Source of the DNA: Mobula hypostoma
Taxonomy: Eukaryota
DNA: 64,000 nucleotides
Direction: 5' to 3'
NCBI RefSeq assembly: GCF_963921235.1
Contig: NC_086097.1
Coordinates: forward strand, 225,744,001-225,808,000
Part shown: positions 1 to 13,100 of the stretch, piece by piece
Position numbering within the stretch: position 1 is the first letter of the stretch
How the letters are laid out: each line of letters opens with the position of its first letter
Notes under the pieces: generated by a model
Database searches by the model: none
Seen by the model: only the letters and a program-made list of their open reading frames with translations
Told to the model about the DNA's origin: nothing
Made by a program: the position numbers and the translations under genes

Positions 1-228
1 AGATTTTGCAGAAGGGGGCTGGTACTCATTTTCCAGTGTCCTGGCACGCCTGCTGAATGTACTCCAGGGCTCAAGAACATATAGGGGTCCAGTGAATCGC
101 TACCCAGTAGACAATTAATTCTGGAGCAAATGTGAGGGCTTGAATTTTACGCAGATCACACGAAAAGGAATTGAAAGCAGTGTTGAATTTCATACAATGT
201 CTTCCTTTGCCGAGAGATGGCTCCCAAC

Positions 229-758
229 ATATTGAATTGACTACTTCTTACATCCTTCACACACATGAGGAGTAAAAATCTTTACATTATGTCTCTGTCT
301 AAATGTGCAATATGCAATTTATAGTAATTTGTAATAAGTAGTATGTACAACAGGACAGTCAGTATAGCATAGAACTACAATTGTATCAGCGTGAATTAAT
401 CAGTCTGACAGCCTGGTGGAAGAAGCTGTCCTGACTTTTCATGCTGCGGTACTGTTTCCTGGATAGTAATAGCTGGAGCAGTTTGTGGTTGGGGTGACTC
501 GGGTCCCCAGTAATCCTTTAGGCCCTTTTTACGCACCTGTCTCTGAAAATGTCCTGTATAGTGGGAAGTTCACAACTACAGATGCGCTGGGCTGTCCGCA
601 CCACTCTCTGCAGAGTACTGCGATTGAGGGAGGTACAGTTCCCATACCAGGCAGTGATGCAGCCAGTCAGGATGCTCTCAATTGTGCCCCTATAGAAAAT
701 CCTTAGGATTTGGGGACTCATGCCAAACTTTATCAACCGTCTGAGGTGAAAGAGGCCC
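229..758 (-). mobile_element. Rex1/Babar-type LINE 3' fragment
   Basis: ORF 518..793 (LFHLRRLIKFGMSPQILRIFYRGTIESILTGCITAWYGN) matches the Rex1 RT C-terminal region seen again at 42576..42869 and near 59800-59950; short repeat tail ATTGAATTGA near 231. Confidence 0.8.
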
Positions 759-1442
759 GATATCTTTAAATTCAAAGTTGTGTTTATTGCCACTTTTCAT
801 AAGTGCAAGTATGTACAGATGCAGTGGAAAACTTACTTGCAATAGCACTTCAGGCACACAGTATTAGTTGGATATCATTCACAAGAAAACATGAATTAAA
901 CATAAAATACACACAAGTTTTACAAGAATGAAAAAAGCAAGAAAGACCATTGCAGTGTAAAGTGAGCAAAGTGGTCATAGTGTTGCTATTCTGAGGTAGT
1001 GATTAGGGTAACGTGAGATTGTTTAAGAACTCAATGATGAAGGTCAGTAGCTGTTCTTGAAGCTGGTGGTGTGGGATCTGATGGTCGATATGGAATAATT
1101 CAGTAGGTGCTAGTAACATGTGTCAGTGCTTGGACCAGGGATATTGTGAAATTCTGCTGTTGTCCCTCTGATATAAAGCTTTTGCTATGATAATGGCAAG
1201 CTCCAAGAATTTTATCGAGGACCTTGATGGCCTTCCTACTCCTCCTTTACCAATCACACCTTGCCAGAGTGTTGTGTTCCTTCCCATCCTCGTATTGAAT
1301 TCACCCAGAGGAAAAGTTTGTCTCCGTTCAGGATGTCAAATGGGTATTTTTGAAGAAAAGTCCTCTTTGCCTTAAGTGAAGTTCTAGAGTTGTGGTTTAT
1401 ACACGAATGATCATAGTATACTACTTCCATGTTTGAGAGATG

Positions 1443-2056
1443 AGAAGACCATAAGACATAAGGAGCAGAATTAGGCCGTTAAACCCATCGAGTCTGCTCT
1501 ACCATGATTTATTACTTCTCTCAACCCCACTCTCCTGCTTTCTCTCCATAAGATTTGATGACCTGATTAATCATAAAACTATCAATGTCCATTTTAAATA
1601 TTTCCAATGACTTGGGCTTCACAGCTGTCTGTGGTAAAGAATTTCCTCCTCAACTCTCTTCTAAAGGGACTATTCTACACTGAGGGTGTTCTCTGGTCCT
1701 AGATTTCCCCCACTATAGGACCCATCCTTTCCACATCCACTCTATCTCGTTCTTTCAATATTCAATAAGTTTCAGTGAAATTCCACCCCTCCTCCACTTT
1801 CTTCTAAACTCCAGTGAGTACAGGCACAGAGCCATCAAACGCTCTTCATATTTTAATCCTTCCATTCCCAGAATCATTCTTGTGAACCTCCTCTGGACCC
1901 TCTCCAATGCGAGCACATCTTCTCTTAGATAAGGGGAGCAAAACGTCTCACAATACTCCAAGTGCTGTCTGACCAATACCTTATAAAGCCTCAGCATGTC
2001 ATCCCTGGTTTTATTTTCTAGCCCTCTTGAAATGAATGCTAACATTGCATTTGCTT
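1443..2056 (-). mobile_element. CR1 LINE 3' fragment (degenerate)
   Basis: ORF 1755..2045 (LVRQHLEYC..LERVQRRFTRM..LYSLEFRR) is the CR1 ORF2 C-terminus; repeat tail AAGACCATAAGACATA at the left end. Confidence 0.85.
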
Positions 2057-2905
2057 TTGGAGGTGACAGATGAAGAGCTCACATTGGTGGTGGGTGTGGA
2101 ATTCACTAAGGCGCAGGTGAGGGAGGACAGTGGTAAGGCCCTTGCTGAGGACAGGGCAGACTGTATCAGAGAGGGGATTGTGACGACAAGACAGGGCTTG
2201 AGCTGTGATCAGAAGTGACGGGGGGGGTGTTGCTGAAAGAGACTTGGAAATGTCAGAGGAGAGGGGAGGGGTGCGGTGTTCAAGGAAGGTAGGGTGGGAG
2301 AAAGATGGAGGTTCCAAAGAATGAAGATGTGATGAGGAGCCTCAGAGATCTGGGGTTGGTGGGGAGTAGAGGTGGAGGAAGTGGAGCCCGGGCCCCAGTG
2401 ACAGTGAGGTAGTTCTTGGCTGGGGTCAAGGCTGGAAACCATGTAAACCACAATTTGAAGGCGTCCAGGGTTGTTGGAACTGGAGATGGAGATGGCAGGA
2501 TCTGCAGTTTGGAGGCATCTGGTCAAGTTGAGGTCTGAATGGGAGGTGGCAGGGGCCACAGTCTGATCTTTCCAGGATGCAAGGAAGGAGAAGAACTGGC
2601 AATTGAAGGAGTGAATCCAGCAGAGGATGAAATGTCGAAGAGATCTATGGTAGGTGGTGACGAGTGAGGCTGTGACAGAGATTGAGACGGGACCTGCAGG
2701 TATGTCCAAATGGCAGAGATAACGACGCCTAGAATTTGGGAGTACGGGGAAGTAGGTGGAAGGCAGATAGAGGTTCTGAGGAATGAAGAGCTGAAGAGCT
2801 GGAGAGACCTGGGGTTGGTGTGAAGTAGTGTTGGGGGAAAGGAGCCTAGAGGCCCAGTGAGAGTGAGAAAGGTCTTGGCCAAGGTTGGGGCTGGACACAG
2901 TCAAT
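2057..2905 (-). mobile_element. Penelope-like element, old N-terminal ORF fragment
   Basis: RRRYL..HFILCWIHSFNCQFFSFLASWKD resembles MRRYL..YFILCRIHACNRRFFDVVMLGKD in the PLE ORF 57212..58033; VLSKGLT motif typical of the PLE N-terminal region. Confidence 0.65.
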
Positions 2906-3481
2906 TAAAAGCAGTTACTTGATATCTCATTGGGTACAAACTGGGAGGCCTGAATATGGAGCAGGAAGTCATATTGAACAAGTTGGCAGCAGAATCCCAC
3001 ACTATTCTAACCTGGGAATTTGTTGTTTATTCATTGCCACAACGTCAATGAATCTGTTTATCTTACAGCACTGTTGGAATGTTTTCAATACACAGGCAAC
3101 TCACCCCGATCTTCACAAATAAATGCCATCTCTGCCAGAGATGCTCATATTCCATGAATAAATTGTGGTTATCTTCCATCTTACATTCTCATGATTATAT
3201 TTATATCTTTCCATAGACTTATCCCACCCACCTTTATATTCTTTTATAACATTAAACCACTTTACTGAAGCTCTGATCTTATGACCCTGATTTTGCTCCC
3301 CTGTAGGCTCACCACGATGTCTGTAGTTTGGTAACCAATTGCACTCAACTTCCTAATTGATCATTCTAATCCTTAATATTTTCTGTTCCTTTCAGATCTT
3401 GCATAAAATAGGGAATTTTGACTAAGGTTTAGATTGATTCTTTCAATTATTTTGATTGCTTCTTGAGTTTCTTCATGTCAT

Positions 3482-4029
3482 CGCCAATGGCCATTTTACT
3501 AGCGACCTCCTTTACCTAGTAAAGTGGCCACTGAGTGAATGTTCAAACCTTCTGCTGCAGTAGTCCATCCATTTCATGGTTTGATGTGTTGTGCATTCAG
3601 AGATGCTCTTCTGCACTCCACTGTCGTAATGAGTGGTTATTTGAGTTGATGTCACCTTCCTGTCAGCTTGAAGCAGTCTGGCCGTTCTCCTCTGATCTCT
3701 CACTAACAAAGCATTTTTGCCCACAGAACTGCCACTCACTGGATGGTTTTATTTGTTTTCACAAAATTCTCTGTAAACTCTAGGGACTGTGTGCATGAAA
3801 ATCCCCAGAGATCAGCAGTTTCTCGGATACTCAAAGTGCCCCATCTGGGAACAACTATCATTCCACGGTCAAAGTAATTTGGATCACATTTCTTTGCCAA
3901 TCTGATGTTTGATCTGAACAACAACTGAAACTTTTATGCATTAATTTGCTACCTCGTGATTGGCTGATTAGATAATTGCATTAACAAGCAAGTGTACAGG
4001 CGTACCTAACAAAGTGGCCACTGAGTGTA
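3482..4029 (-). mobile_element. Tc1/mariner non-autonomous relic
   Basis: Terminal ..TACCTAACAAAGTGGCCACTGAGTG followed by TA at 4028-4029, with an internal copy of the motif at 3513-3537; HTH-region transposase remnants FDRGMIV..SIRETADLWGFS and RLLQADRKVTSTQITTHY. Confidence 0.8.
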
Positions 4030-5649
4030 TCGTTTCCTGGATGGCTTTCCTTTGTTAAAGTCACTATTTAAATTCAAGTTATGTGAGAGGTAAAGATTCA
4101 AATTGTTTGAAAAATGATTGTAAACATTAGAAAGTTCATGGAGAAAATGATCAATGATCTTTTTTGTGTAGAAGTAAGGGCAAGCACATTGGAGTCTGTT
4201 AGGAGATTTTTGGAAACTACATTGGGCAGTATGGGAGACTACTGAAGATAAATGAGATACCAAGAACCACAGAGCTCTTGCTTTAATATTCATCCTGTGA
4301 CCTAAAGAGACTTTTCTGCACTGAACAGGCATGAATTGTGTCTTCCTTATTTATGCCTGTGAAATATAGCAGAATCCTGTACATTTCACTTTTCCTGTCC
4401 AGACCAAGCTAGAAAAAATTGGCACAAGGCCACAGGGCAATAGTCACATCCATAGTTTATAGCATTGAGTCACATGTTGAAGGCCTGACCCATCACTAAT
4501 TAAGCTATTAATTATAATAAAAGCAGCAGAATTAGTGGATCATTTGGGAATAGTCGGACAAAGGAATTTCAAAACATGCAAGTCAAGCAATGGGGCAGAC
4601 TATTTAGCTCCTTGAGTCTTTTCTGCATTTCAGAAAGATCATGGCTGGTCTGCATTCTTTGCCTTATATCATTTAATACTTTTTTCTTAACAAAATCTAT
4701 CAATCTCTAATTTAAATTCAACAATTAACCCAATATACATTGTATTTGCCAAAACTTCCAAAGGTCTCTTGACCATTGTGAAAAATTGTTTCCTGCCATC
4801 CCTTTTAAAAGAGCTGTATTAACTTCCAATCAGTGATATATTTGTTTCTTTTATTATTATCATATGTACAATGAAAAACTTTGCATGCCATCCACACAGA
4901 CCATTTCATCACATCAGTACATCAATGTAGAACAGAGGAGAAAGAAAAACAGAATCTGTAATAAAGTGTTTCAGAGAAAGTGCATTGCAGGGAGATTATA
5001 AAGTGCAAGGTCATAATGAGGTAGACTGTCAGGTCAAAAGTTAATTGTACTAGGGGACATTTCAATAGTTTTATAACAGCAGGCTAGATGCTGTTCTCAA
5101 GCGTTTCTTTTAGGCTTTTGTATCTTCTGCATGATGGGAGGAGGCAGATAAGAGATTGCCTGGGATAAGACAATTGATTATGTTGGATGCTCTACCAAAT
5201 CAGCAAAATCCAAAATTCTCTTAATTCTGGATCCCTATCCAATGGACATCGTTACCCTTAATCAGCTTACCTTCATTTTTTGAAAAGATTGAACATTTTA
5301 AATGCCTTGGCATATAATCAAATATTGGTTAGTACCATATCCTCTATTGGGTTTGAGAGTACATCTTAGACATTCCAGTTGGTTTGTCTGTCTATTGTTT
5401 ATCATCTTCTTAAGGCAGTGTGTCAGTATTTCATCTAAAGTAGTTGCCATAACTGGATAAGTTTCACTGCTGCAACCCAGATGTGTGAGAGTATAATGAA
5501 TCATGTGCTTAGTACAAACCGTTGGTGGGTGATAGGATAGTAGTATATCAAACAGCATCAGAAGCTAGTGATTCAAATGGTAGGACCTTATCCATTCAAA
5601 GTAGGCTTTCAAGCCTCTTGTGACATTGCATCCATGTTTTAAAGTACGT

Positions 5650-6092
5650 AGAACATAGACATCTACAGCACATTATAGGCTCTTTGACCCACAACGTTGT
5701 GCCAACCATGTTATCTACTCTAGAAGCTGCCTAGAATTTCCCTACCACATAGCCCTCTATTTTTCTAAGCTCCTTGTACCTAAAAGTCTCTTACAAGACG
5801 CTATTGTATCCGCCTCTACCATTGTCACTGACAGTGCATTCCACGCACCCATCACTCTCTGTGTAAAGAACTTACTCCTGACATCCCCTCTGTACCTACT
5901 TCCAAACACCTTTAAACTATGCCCCCTTGTATTAGCCATTTCAGCCCTGGGAAAAAGCCTGTAGCTACCCACACGATCAATGCCCCTCATAATCTTATAC
6001 ACCTCTATCAAGTTACTTCTCATCCTCTGTCGCTCCAAGGACAAAAGACCAAGTTCGCTCAATCTATTTTCATAAGGCATGCTTTCCAATCC
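5650..6092 (-). mobile_element. CR1 LINE 3' end
   Basis: YENRLSELGLLSLERQRMRSNLIEVYKIMRG..FFTQRVMGAWNAL; TAGAACATAG tail. Confidence 0.85.
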
Positions 6093-7076
6093 AAGGCTGT
6101 GTTCCTTGCACTGACCTCCAGAGCCAACTTTTCTCATTAGAACCTCAGCAAGATTCAGGAAGAGGCCATTTGGTTCCCTATAGGAAAAGGCCATTTCTCT
6201 TCAGTTGTGCCTCCTCAGCCAAGACTTCAAGCTCACTGTTGAAAAATATGGTATGTGCCATCTCCTTCGGTCATCTTATTGATAAGTATTGCTCTTGGTC
6301 TTTTTTAGACCACACAATCTCCTCATTTTTAGCATCATGATGCAGCTTCCCTTTAAAAGGCTTAAACTGGCTTTAAGCAATAGTAGCTTGAAATGATTTG
6401 GACTCGCTGTATGAACATAGTATATGGAGTTTGCTGCATGCATCAATCATGAGGAGGACCAGACAGTACAAAAATGCTAGCTGCCTGAATTATTTTGAAT
6501 AGGTAACCATGGATGGTAATCTCCTGCCTGTGTTCAGGGGAATCCAATTTAATCCCCCTTGTTTGCACGCCACTTTTAATAATTTAGAGAACAAAGGAAT
6601 GAAAGTACAACTAATCCTACCAGAAATCTTCTTGTGTACCTGCATGTCCAGACAAAGGCCGAGTAATGCAAATCCACACAGATAAAGTATAATATTCTTT
6701 TATTCACTTGATACAGTTACTACAAAATTGAGCTGCCCCAAACCGTGAACTGCTCTATCAGTTCGAACAAAAGACCTGACATAGATTCTCAATATAGATA
6801 CCTTCATTAGCACTTGTTCTGGGGGCTGATTAATTGCTTGCCCAAGGTGCTATTACAAGAAAGGTGTGAAGTGTGTGAATAGTTAGGGCTGCTGCTACAC
6901 CAGCCTATACTGAAGTAACATAATCTAGTGTTTCACTGTGCTGTGAACTGTAGCTGTTAGTTAAGGTAATTTATGCACTTGTGTAGACAAATTCGTTTTG
7001 ACAATTTAAATCGTCATTTTTACTACCTTTGATTTGAAGAGGGTTTTGTATAAATTAAAACCAGTCGTATCTCTCA

Positions 7077-7476
7077 TATACTCTCGGCCACTTTATTAGG
7101 TACACCTGTACACCTGCTCATTAATGTAAATATCTAATCAGCCAATCATGTGATAGCAACTCACTGCATAAAAAGCTTACAGGCATGGTCAAGAGGTTCA
7201 ATTCAAACATCAAATGTGGAAGAAATGTGATCTAAGTGATTTTGACCAAAGAATAATTGTTGGTGCCAGATGGGGTAGTTTGAGTATCTGCTGATCTCCT
7301 GGGATTTTCATGCACACCAGTTTCTAGAGTTTATAGAGAATGGTGCGCAAGAAACAAAAAAAAAATCCAGTGAGTGGCAGTTGTGTGGAGAGAACACCAG
7401 ATTGGTTTGAGCTGGCAGAATGGTGACAGTAACACAAATAACCACATTTTATAGCAGGGGTGTACAGAAGAGCATT
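7077..7476 (+). mobile_element. Tc1/mariner relic, second truncated copy
   Basis: Begins TATACTCTCGGCCACTTTATTAGGTACACCTGTAC, the reverse complement of the 3995-4029 end; body matches 3600-4000 in inverted orientation. Confidence 0.8.
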
Positions 7477-8341
7477 ATTTTCTTTCTCAATCATAATTGG
7501 AATATAAAAGAAAGTATTGCATTTTTATATTGACCTCCAGATCTGCAACATGCCCAGAGGGCTTCACAGCCAATTAATTACTCCTGAAGTTTGGGTCATT
7601 ATTGTTTATACTTACTGAGGCAGCCAAGTAGGGCTGGCAAACACCACAGAAAAGAAGTAGACAGTTCTTATGCGTTCAATACTGTTTATGAAGAAATAAT
7701 TTTTGGTCATACTTTTAAAACTCAGGCTATAAGATTTTGGTGTTCATCCAAAAAGCAAAGCCTTACTCTAACCACAGCCAAACAACAATATCTCTGCCAT
7801 TGTAGTTTTCCATCCTGAAGCACCCCGGCATCCTTTTAGTCACGGCTTAACGTACTGAGGATTGAACATAAGATAGTTTAAGGATTAGATGGTCTTTCTC
7901 CTGAAGAAGATGGCATTAAGTAGAGCCTAGTGCCATGAACCATTCTACATGAAGTATCTAAATCACATTCATAGGCATCTCTTGATCCATCATGTTTAAG
8001 TTTGACGTCTGAACTGATTCTACAATCTACTAACTCAAGGCTCTGCAGCTTATGTTCTCAGTATTATTTTTGTTGCACAGTTTGTCTTCTTTTGTACATT
8101 AGTATTCATCAGTCCATGTCTATTTATATATAGCTTTTCATAAAATTCTGTTTCTATACTGCAAATGCCTGCAGAAAAATGAATCACAAAGTAGTATATG
8201 GTCACATGTGCACTTTACTAATAAATTTACTTTGAAATTTGTATTTTGAACTTTGAACTTTTGTATTATATAGAAGTGTTAGTACAGTTCCTAGAATTTG
8301 ATATGTATACAGATCAGATGTGAGAATGCTGTTTCTATCAT

Positions 8342-8650
8342 GGGGTTTTCCCCCCTCCCCCTTTACTTTCTCCCTGGGCCTCCTGTCCCATGATCCTCTC
8401 ATATCCCTTTTGCCAATCACCTGTCCAGCTCTTGGCTCCATCCCTCCCCCTCCTGTCTTCTCCCATCATTTTGGATCTCCCCCGCCCCCTCCCACTTTCA
8501 AATCTCTTACTAGCTCTTCTTTCAGTTAGTCCTGACGAAGGGTCTCGGCCCAAAACGTCGACTGTACCTCTTCCTAGGGATGCTGCCTGGCCTGCTGCGT
8601 TCACCAGCAACTTTGATGTGTGTTGCTTCTGCAGAATTCCTCGTGTCCAT
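8342..8650 (+). mobile_element. Penelope pseudo-LTR (solo fragment)
   Basis: Reverse complement of the pLTR at about 58000-58300 and 13466-13740. Confidence 0.85.
8527..8564 (+). ncRNA. Minimal type I hammerhead ribozyme motif, core mutated
   Basis: TAGTC-CTGACGA-AGGGTCTCGGCCC-AAAA-CGTC-GACTG; the conserved GAAA reads AAAA. Confidence 0.65.
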
Positions 8651-10718
8651 CATAGTTATTTGAAAATTGACCAAAAGGCAAAAGGACTGGCAAATGGTAT
8701 TACATTAGCTTCTATAATTCCCAAAGCTTTCACCCAGACCTCTGCCCCTAACTGATCCTTCACTTAACCACCACCCTCCATGCCTCCAAACATAACTCAG
8801 CATTCACCTATGTAGAATCTTAATTAAAGGGATACCATAATCTCAAGCACAATGTAGTGACAGCAGCCCTCACAGTACAGATGAATGGATCATTTGACAC
8901 CATTAGTATCGGGTTGCTGTCTCCCTCATGCATTTCTCATTTTGTCCATAAAAGACAGGAAAAATCTGAATTGAGTAATTTATCACCCCATCAAATTACA
9001 GAGAAACATCAGCAAAATGATGGCAAGATTATCAACAGTGTTATCAAGAGGTAGCATGCTGACTAAAACGGAGTGTAGGTTGTGCCATTTCTGCAGAGCT
9101 CCAAGAAGCCTTACATTCTTGGTAGGATGAATCACATCGATAAAAGAGAAAGAATATCTTTGTCATCACTGTGTTTTTAGACTTAGTGTTTCAGTATTTC
9201 AGCCCTGGAAAAACTGAACAACAATGGGAATCAAGGGGAAAAGCTCCCTGCTGGCTGGAGTCATACCTCACACAAAGGAAGATGGGTATGGATATTGGTG
9301 GTCTCGTGCCCAGGACAGTATCTTAAGCACACCATCTTTACTAGCTTCATCAGTGATTTTTCTTTTCTATTTTCGGAGTCAGAAGCAGCGGTGCTTGCTG
9401 ATGATTGCATAATGTTCTATTCCACTACCAGCTCCTAACAGACAATGAATACTCTTCCTTTATGTAGCAAAACCTGGAGAACATTCTACCGTGAATTGAG
9501 AACAGAGCAAGGCAATAACTAATTCCATTAGGAACGGATCAAACTACCACCCCTTGACAACTAATAGCATTGCCATTGCTTAGTTGTGTGGACTTCCTAG
9601 ATTAACTATTAAACATAACTTGGCCAGACATATAAATACAATGATTAAAACAGTAGGGCAGTGACTGATAACTTTGGTGAGTTGTGGAATTCCTAAATCC
9701 TTCCCACTACCCACAAGTCACAAATTTGTAATATGGTGGCGTTAGAACAGCCTGAATTGGAAAACAAAACAGCCAGGACAATGTAGCCTCTGGCCACTAT
9801 ACTCAGCCCTGATTTACCTCATCATCAAAGCAATGAGCTTGCAGTGTGTACTATCTACAATACGAACTTCCAGAGCTTGCCAAAAATTCTTCACTGTAAT
9901 CAGTGTGTGTAGCCCCCAATGGAAATCATGTTTTAGCACATGAATCTGTTCCTACACTATTTTTCACTTCGTGTTTTTGTTCAAATCTGTACATTGTCAA
10001 GAAATTGAAGAGATTGTTAGTGTATATTCAGAGCATGATGAGGAAGTGAACCCCACTTTCTCGGAGAGTGTGATTAACCACAATATCATTGACTGCTAAT
10101 ATAACATACCAATATATTGTAAAACAAGTTTCACAACAGAAAAATTAAAAATCATTAAAATAAGTTGTAAAAAAATACACATTGTTCATTATCATCTACA
10201 TTCCACTACTTGGTAACCAAAAAATATAGATTGTGATCTTAACTTCTTGACTCATAAGAAGTTTTTAGGTGAAGTAAAGTTTAAATTTATGCCTCATAAA
10301 TCATTTTATATCAAAGGAACAAGGTCCTCGTCCAGAAATAATACTTTTCTGGAAAAATAGAAACATCATTATTGTGGCTCAGGAGTATGTCCCTGTGTTG
10401 TATTTGCATCGAATATTTCATTTGCAATCATTATTGAAGGATAATATTAGTAAGCATAATTGTCTACATACAATGAACAGCCAAGGGGCAAAATAAAGCT
10501 GGCAAAAGCAAATCTTTAAATCATTGTTTCAGCAGTGGAATCTTCACTACAGTTTGCATTTCCAAAGGGCAAACAGTCCGTGAGCCAGTAGGGTTAGTGG
10601 GTACCATCTGAGGGGAATAATGATTTTTGGCAAGGTACACATCTCTAGAGTTAGAAAGTATGTGATATCATTGCACCAACTTTATTACTGCAAATAAGCA
10701 ATCACTTTTTGTATATAC

Positions 10719-10919
10719 AAAATAATCTGCAGATGCTGGGGTCAAAGCAACACTCACAACACGCTGGAGGAACTCAGCAGGTCGGGCAGCATCCGTGGAA
10801 AAGATTGGTCGACATTTCGGGCCGGAACCCTTCGTCAGGTTCCGGCCCGAAACGTTGACCGATCTTTTCCACGGATGCTACCCGACCTGCTGAGTTCCTC
10901 CAGCGTCCTGTGAGTGTTG
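10719..10919. mobile_element. Palindromic PLE-pLTR-derived insertion
   Basis: 82-bp inverted arms 10748-10829 and 10838-10919 with an 8-nt spacer; 15-bp TSD ACTTTTTGTATATAC at 10704-10718 and 10920-10934. Confidence 0.85.
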
Positions 10920-11207
10920 ACTTTTTGTATATACTCCATATTAACACCAGTACAGTAGAAAATGTTACCCCACCCCCCAAAAGGTAAAAAAAAAACCTCA
11001 TTTGGAGAGATTTCTGGAGTTTTATCAATGTCATGATATTTTCCATATTGTTGTATCAAATCAAAACAATCTTAAGCTTTTGTCATAGCATGTAATTCAA
11101 ATGTGGGGTTCCACACGGCCATAACCTAGGCCCCATTTGGTTGTGAAATGAATATATTTAATAAAAGACTGCTTTCCCTACTTTGTTTTCCATACTTTCA
11201 TAACCTA

Positions 11208-13100
11208 TTAATAATCATAATAATTTTCCATGTCTTCTACATCTTCATTTGAACTTTCCACACTCTCTGAGGGGGATGCCTGGTTCTCACAGTCTGCCAG
11301 TCTACACATGTCAGTACACTGGAGACCATTTGCAATGCACATACATCTTGGGAGTAAACATTTTTTTGGACAGTTACAGGCCAGTAGATCCAGGATGGCA
11401 TTGGGTGCTGGCTGGCCTTCCATCCAGTGCACCACCAACTGTTCAGCTTCCTCTTCTCTCTTCATCTTCCATCCTCTGCCAACAGGGCTTGGCACTTGTG
11501 GGTCCTTCTCCAAACATCTTCTCCATATACCAGCCTGGTAGTTGGCGCGCTGTGCATGTTTTGTTTAGCAGTCCTTGCATGGTGGGAGTTGATGACTTTC
11601 GGTTTCACCTTTTATGGCACAGGAAAGGTGATACCTGAGCTCATTGACCTTGGTGGTCGATGCTTTTGGGGCATACAGGAGGCATGATAATGCCTCCAGT
11701 TTGTCCATTAGTTTTGGGGAGAGGTTCCATTCCTGACCCAACTCTAAGAATGTGTCATGAGTTTCCCTGTTGCTGGTCGGAAGTTTTAGGGCACTTGTCT
11801 TCCCTTTGCCTGCAAAAGTGCTTACAGTGTCACATCCTGTATATGTGTGCAACTCGATGAGAGTCATACAAACCTCTATGCCAACAGTGTCAGCAGTTGC
11901 TCTTCTATTGCTACGTTTTTCTGCAAGGTTGTGGCTAAAGTAGCTTTATTTGTCTTTCTCAGCGATCCTTCTGGTGTGTACAGGGCCCAGGGCAATGGTC
12001 CAAGGAAATGAGAAAGGATATCCTCCATACGTAGACTGTGCCCTTGTGCCATCACTATGATGCATCCAAACAAAGACCTGTCTGCTTTCAAGATGATCGA
12101 CCTCCCATTTTATTTCACTTCTCTCTTCTTACACATATCACTGAATGTTTTCAGCTTGTTGGTTTTCATTGGGTCATGGAATTTCCTTGCTGGCAGATCT
12201 TTCTCTAGTCTCTCATCCTTGAAGGTTGCATAACATTGCTCACCAATCTCATATGCCTTCCTCAGGTCGGAGGCAATGTCCTTGGGGGCTGCCTTTGCCG
12301 TAGAGATGCTAATGAGGTCCCACTTCTCTGCAAAAGGGTTGACCCATTCATGTATGAGGCTAACCACTGCTGAAACTGCTTCCTCATCTTTCTGGATTCT
12401 TGGCCGCTGTAGCTCTGCATGACAAAGCTCTGATTTGTTGCCTTACACCATCTCCCTTAACTGTCCCAGGAATGCACTGCGGTGCTCAGCTGTTATGTAG
12501 CATTCAGGCTGAACTGTGATGTGCCTCCAGGAGTCTGTGTGTCTTTGTTCACTGTGGCTTCAATAGTCTGGTCCGCAGGGATCTGCCCAAAGGGGTTGTT
12601 ACTTGACAGCTGCACTGAGAATTGGCCTGTCTTGAAGGCCTCATACATAGAAGGATTCTTCTCTGGGAGCTTTATCATCTGAGCAAAATAAGGGGACAGC
12701 ACATAATTCATCTTATCATAGGCAAAGCACCATGGGATCATGGTTCTTATAGCGTGGAGGTGCAACTCCCAGTCCCCCTCACGAGAGGCGCGCAAAAGCC
12801 CAAGGACTCGTTCCCTACCATGTCCATGCATGATATCCAGAATGCGGATAGCTCTCCATCGTTGTGACAGAGGTGTTCCAGAAAGTCTGTCCACAGGGTT
12901 ATCAGCTCAGCTAAGAGTAGACTTTGCAGCAGATTGTTCAACTTCTGTTGGTTCAAATCACTGGCCATGTTGTTCACATGGTCTAAAAATGATTTGATCT
13001 CTCCACTGCTCTATGGAACGTTGTCCTTAACCCATGGTGTGATCTCTGCCCATGCAGGTCTCATCAGTGCTTCATAGATATACTTATGGACCCTGACAGA
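11208..13100 (-). pseudogene. Fragmented Academ transposase with XPG-like nuclease motif and Cys-rich C-terminus
   Basis: Collinear minus-strand ORF pieces: ASREGDWELHLHAIRTMIPWCFAYD, NPFGQIPADQTIEATVNKD, KADRSLFG, HTYTGCDTVSTFAGKGK (XPG/FEN1-like GCD), CNCPKKCLLPRCMCIANGLQCTDMCRLADCEN (8 Cys). Confidence 0.75.

Noticed and set aside
8857..9054. Possible coding exon (RQEKSELSNLSPHQ..)
   Set aside because: Weak splice sites and no recognisable homology.
11208..11513. Tesmin/CXC-domain host exon
   Set aside because: It is collinear with transposase fragments between TIRs and lacks splice structure.
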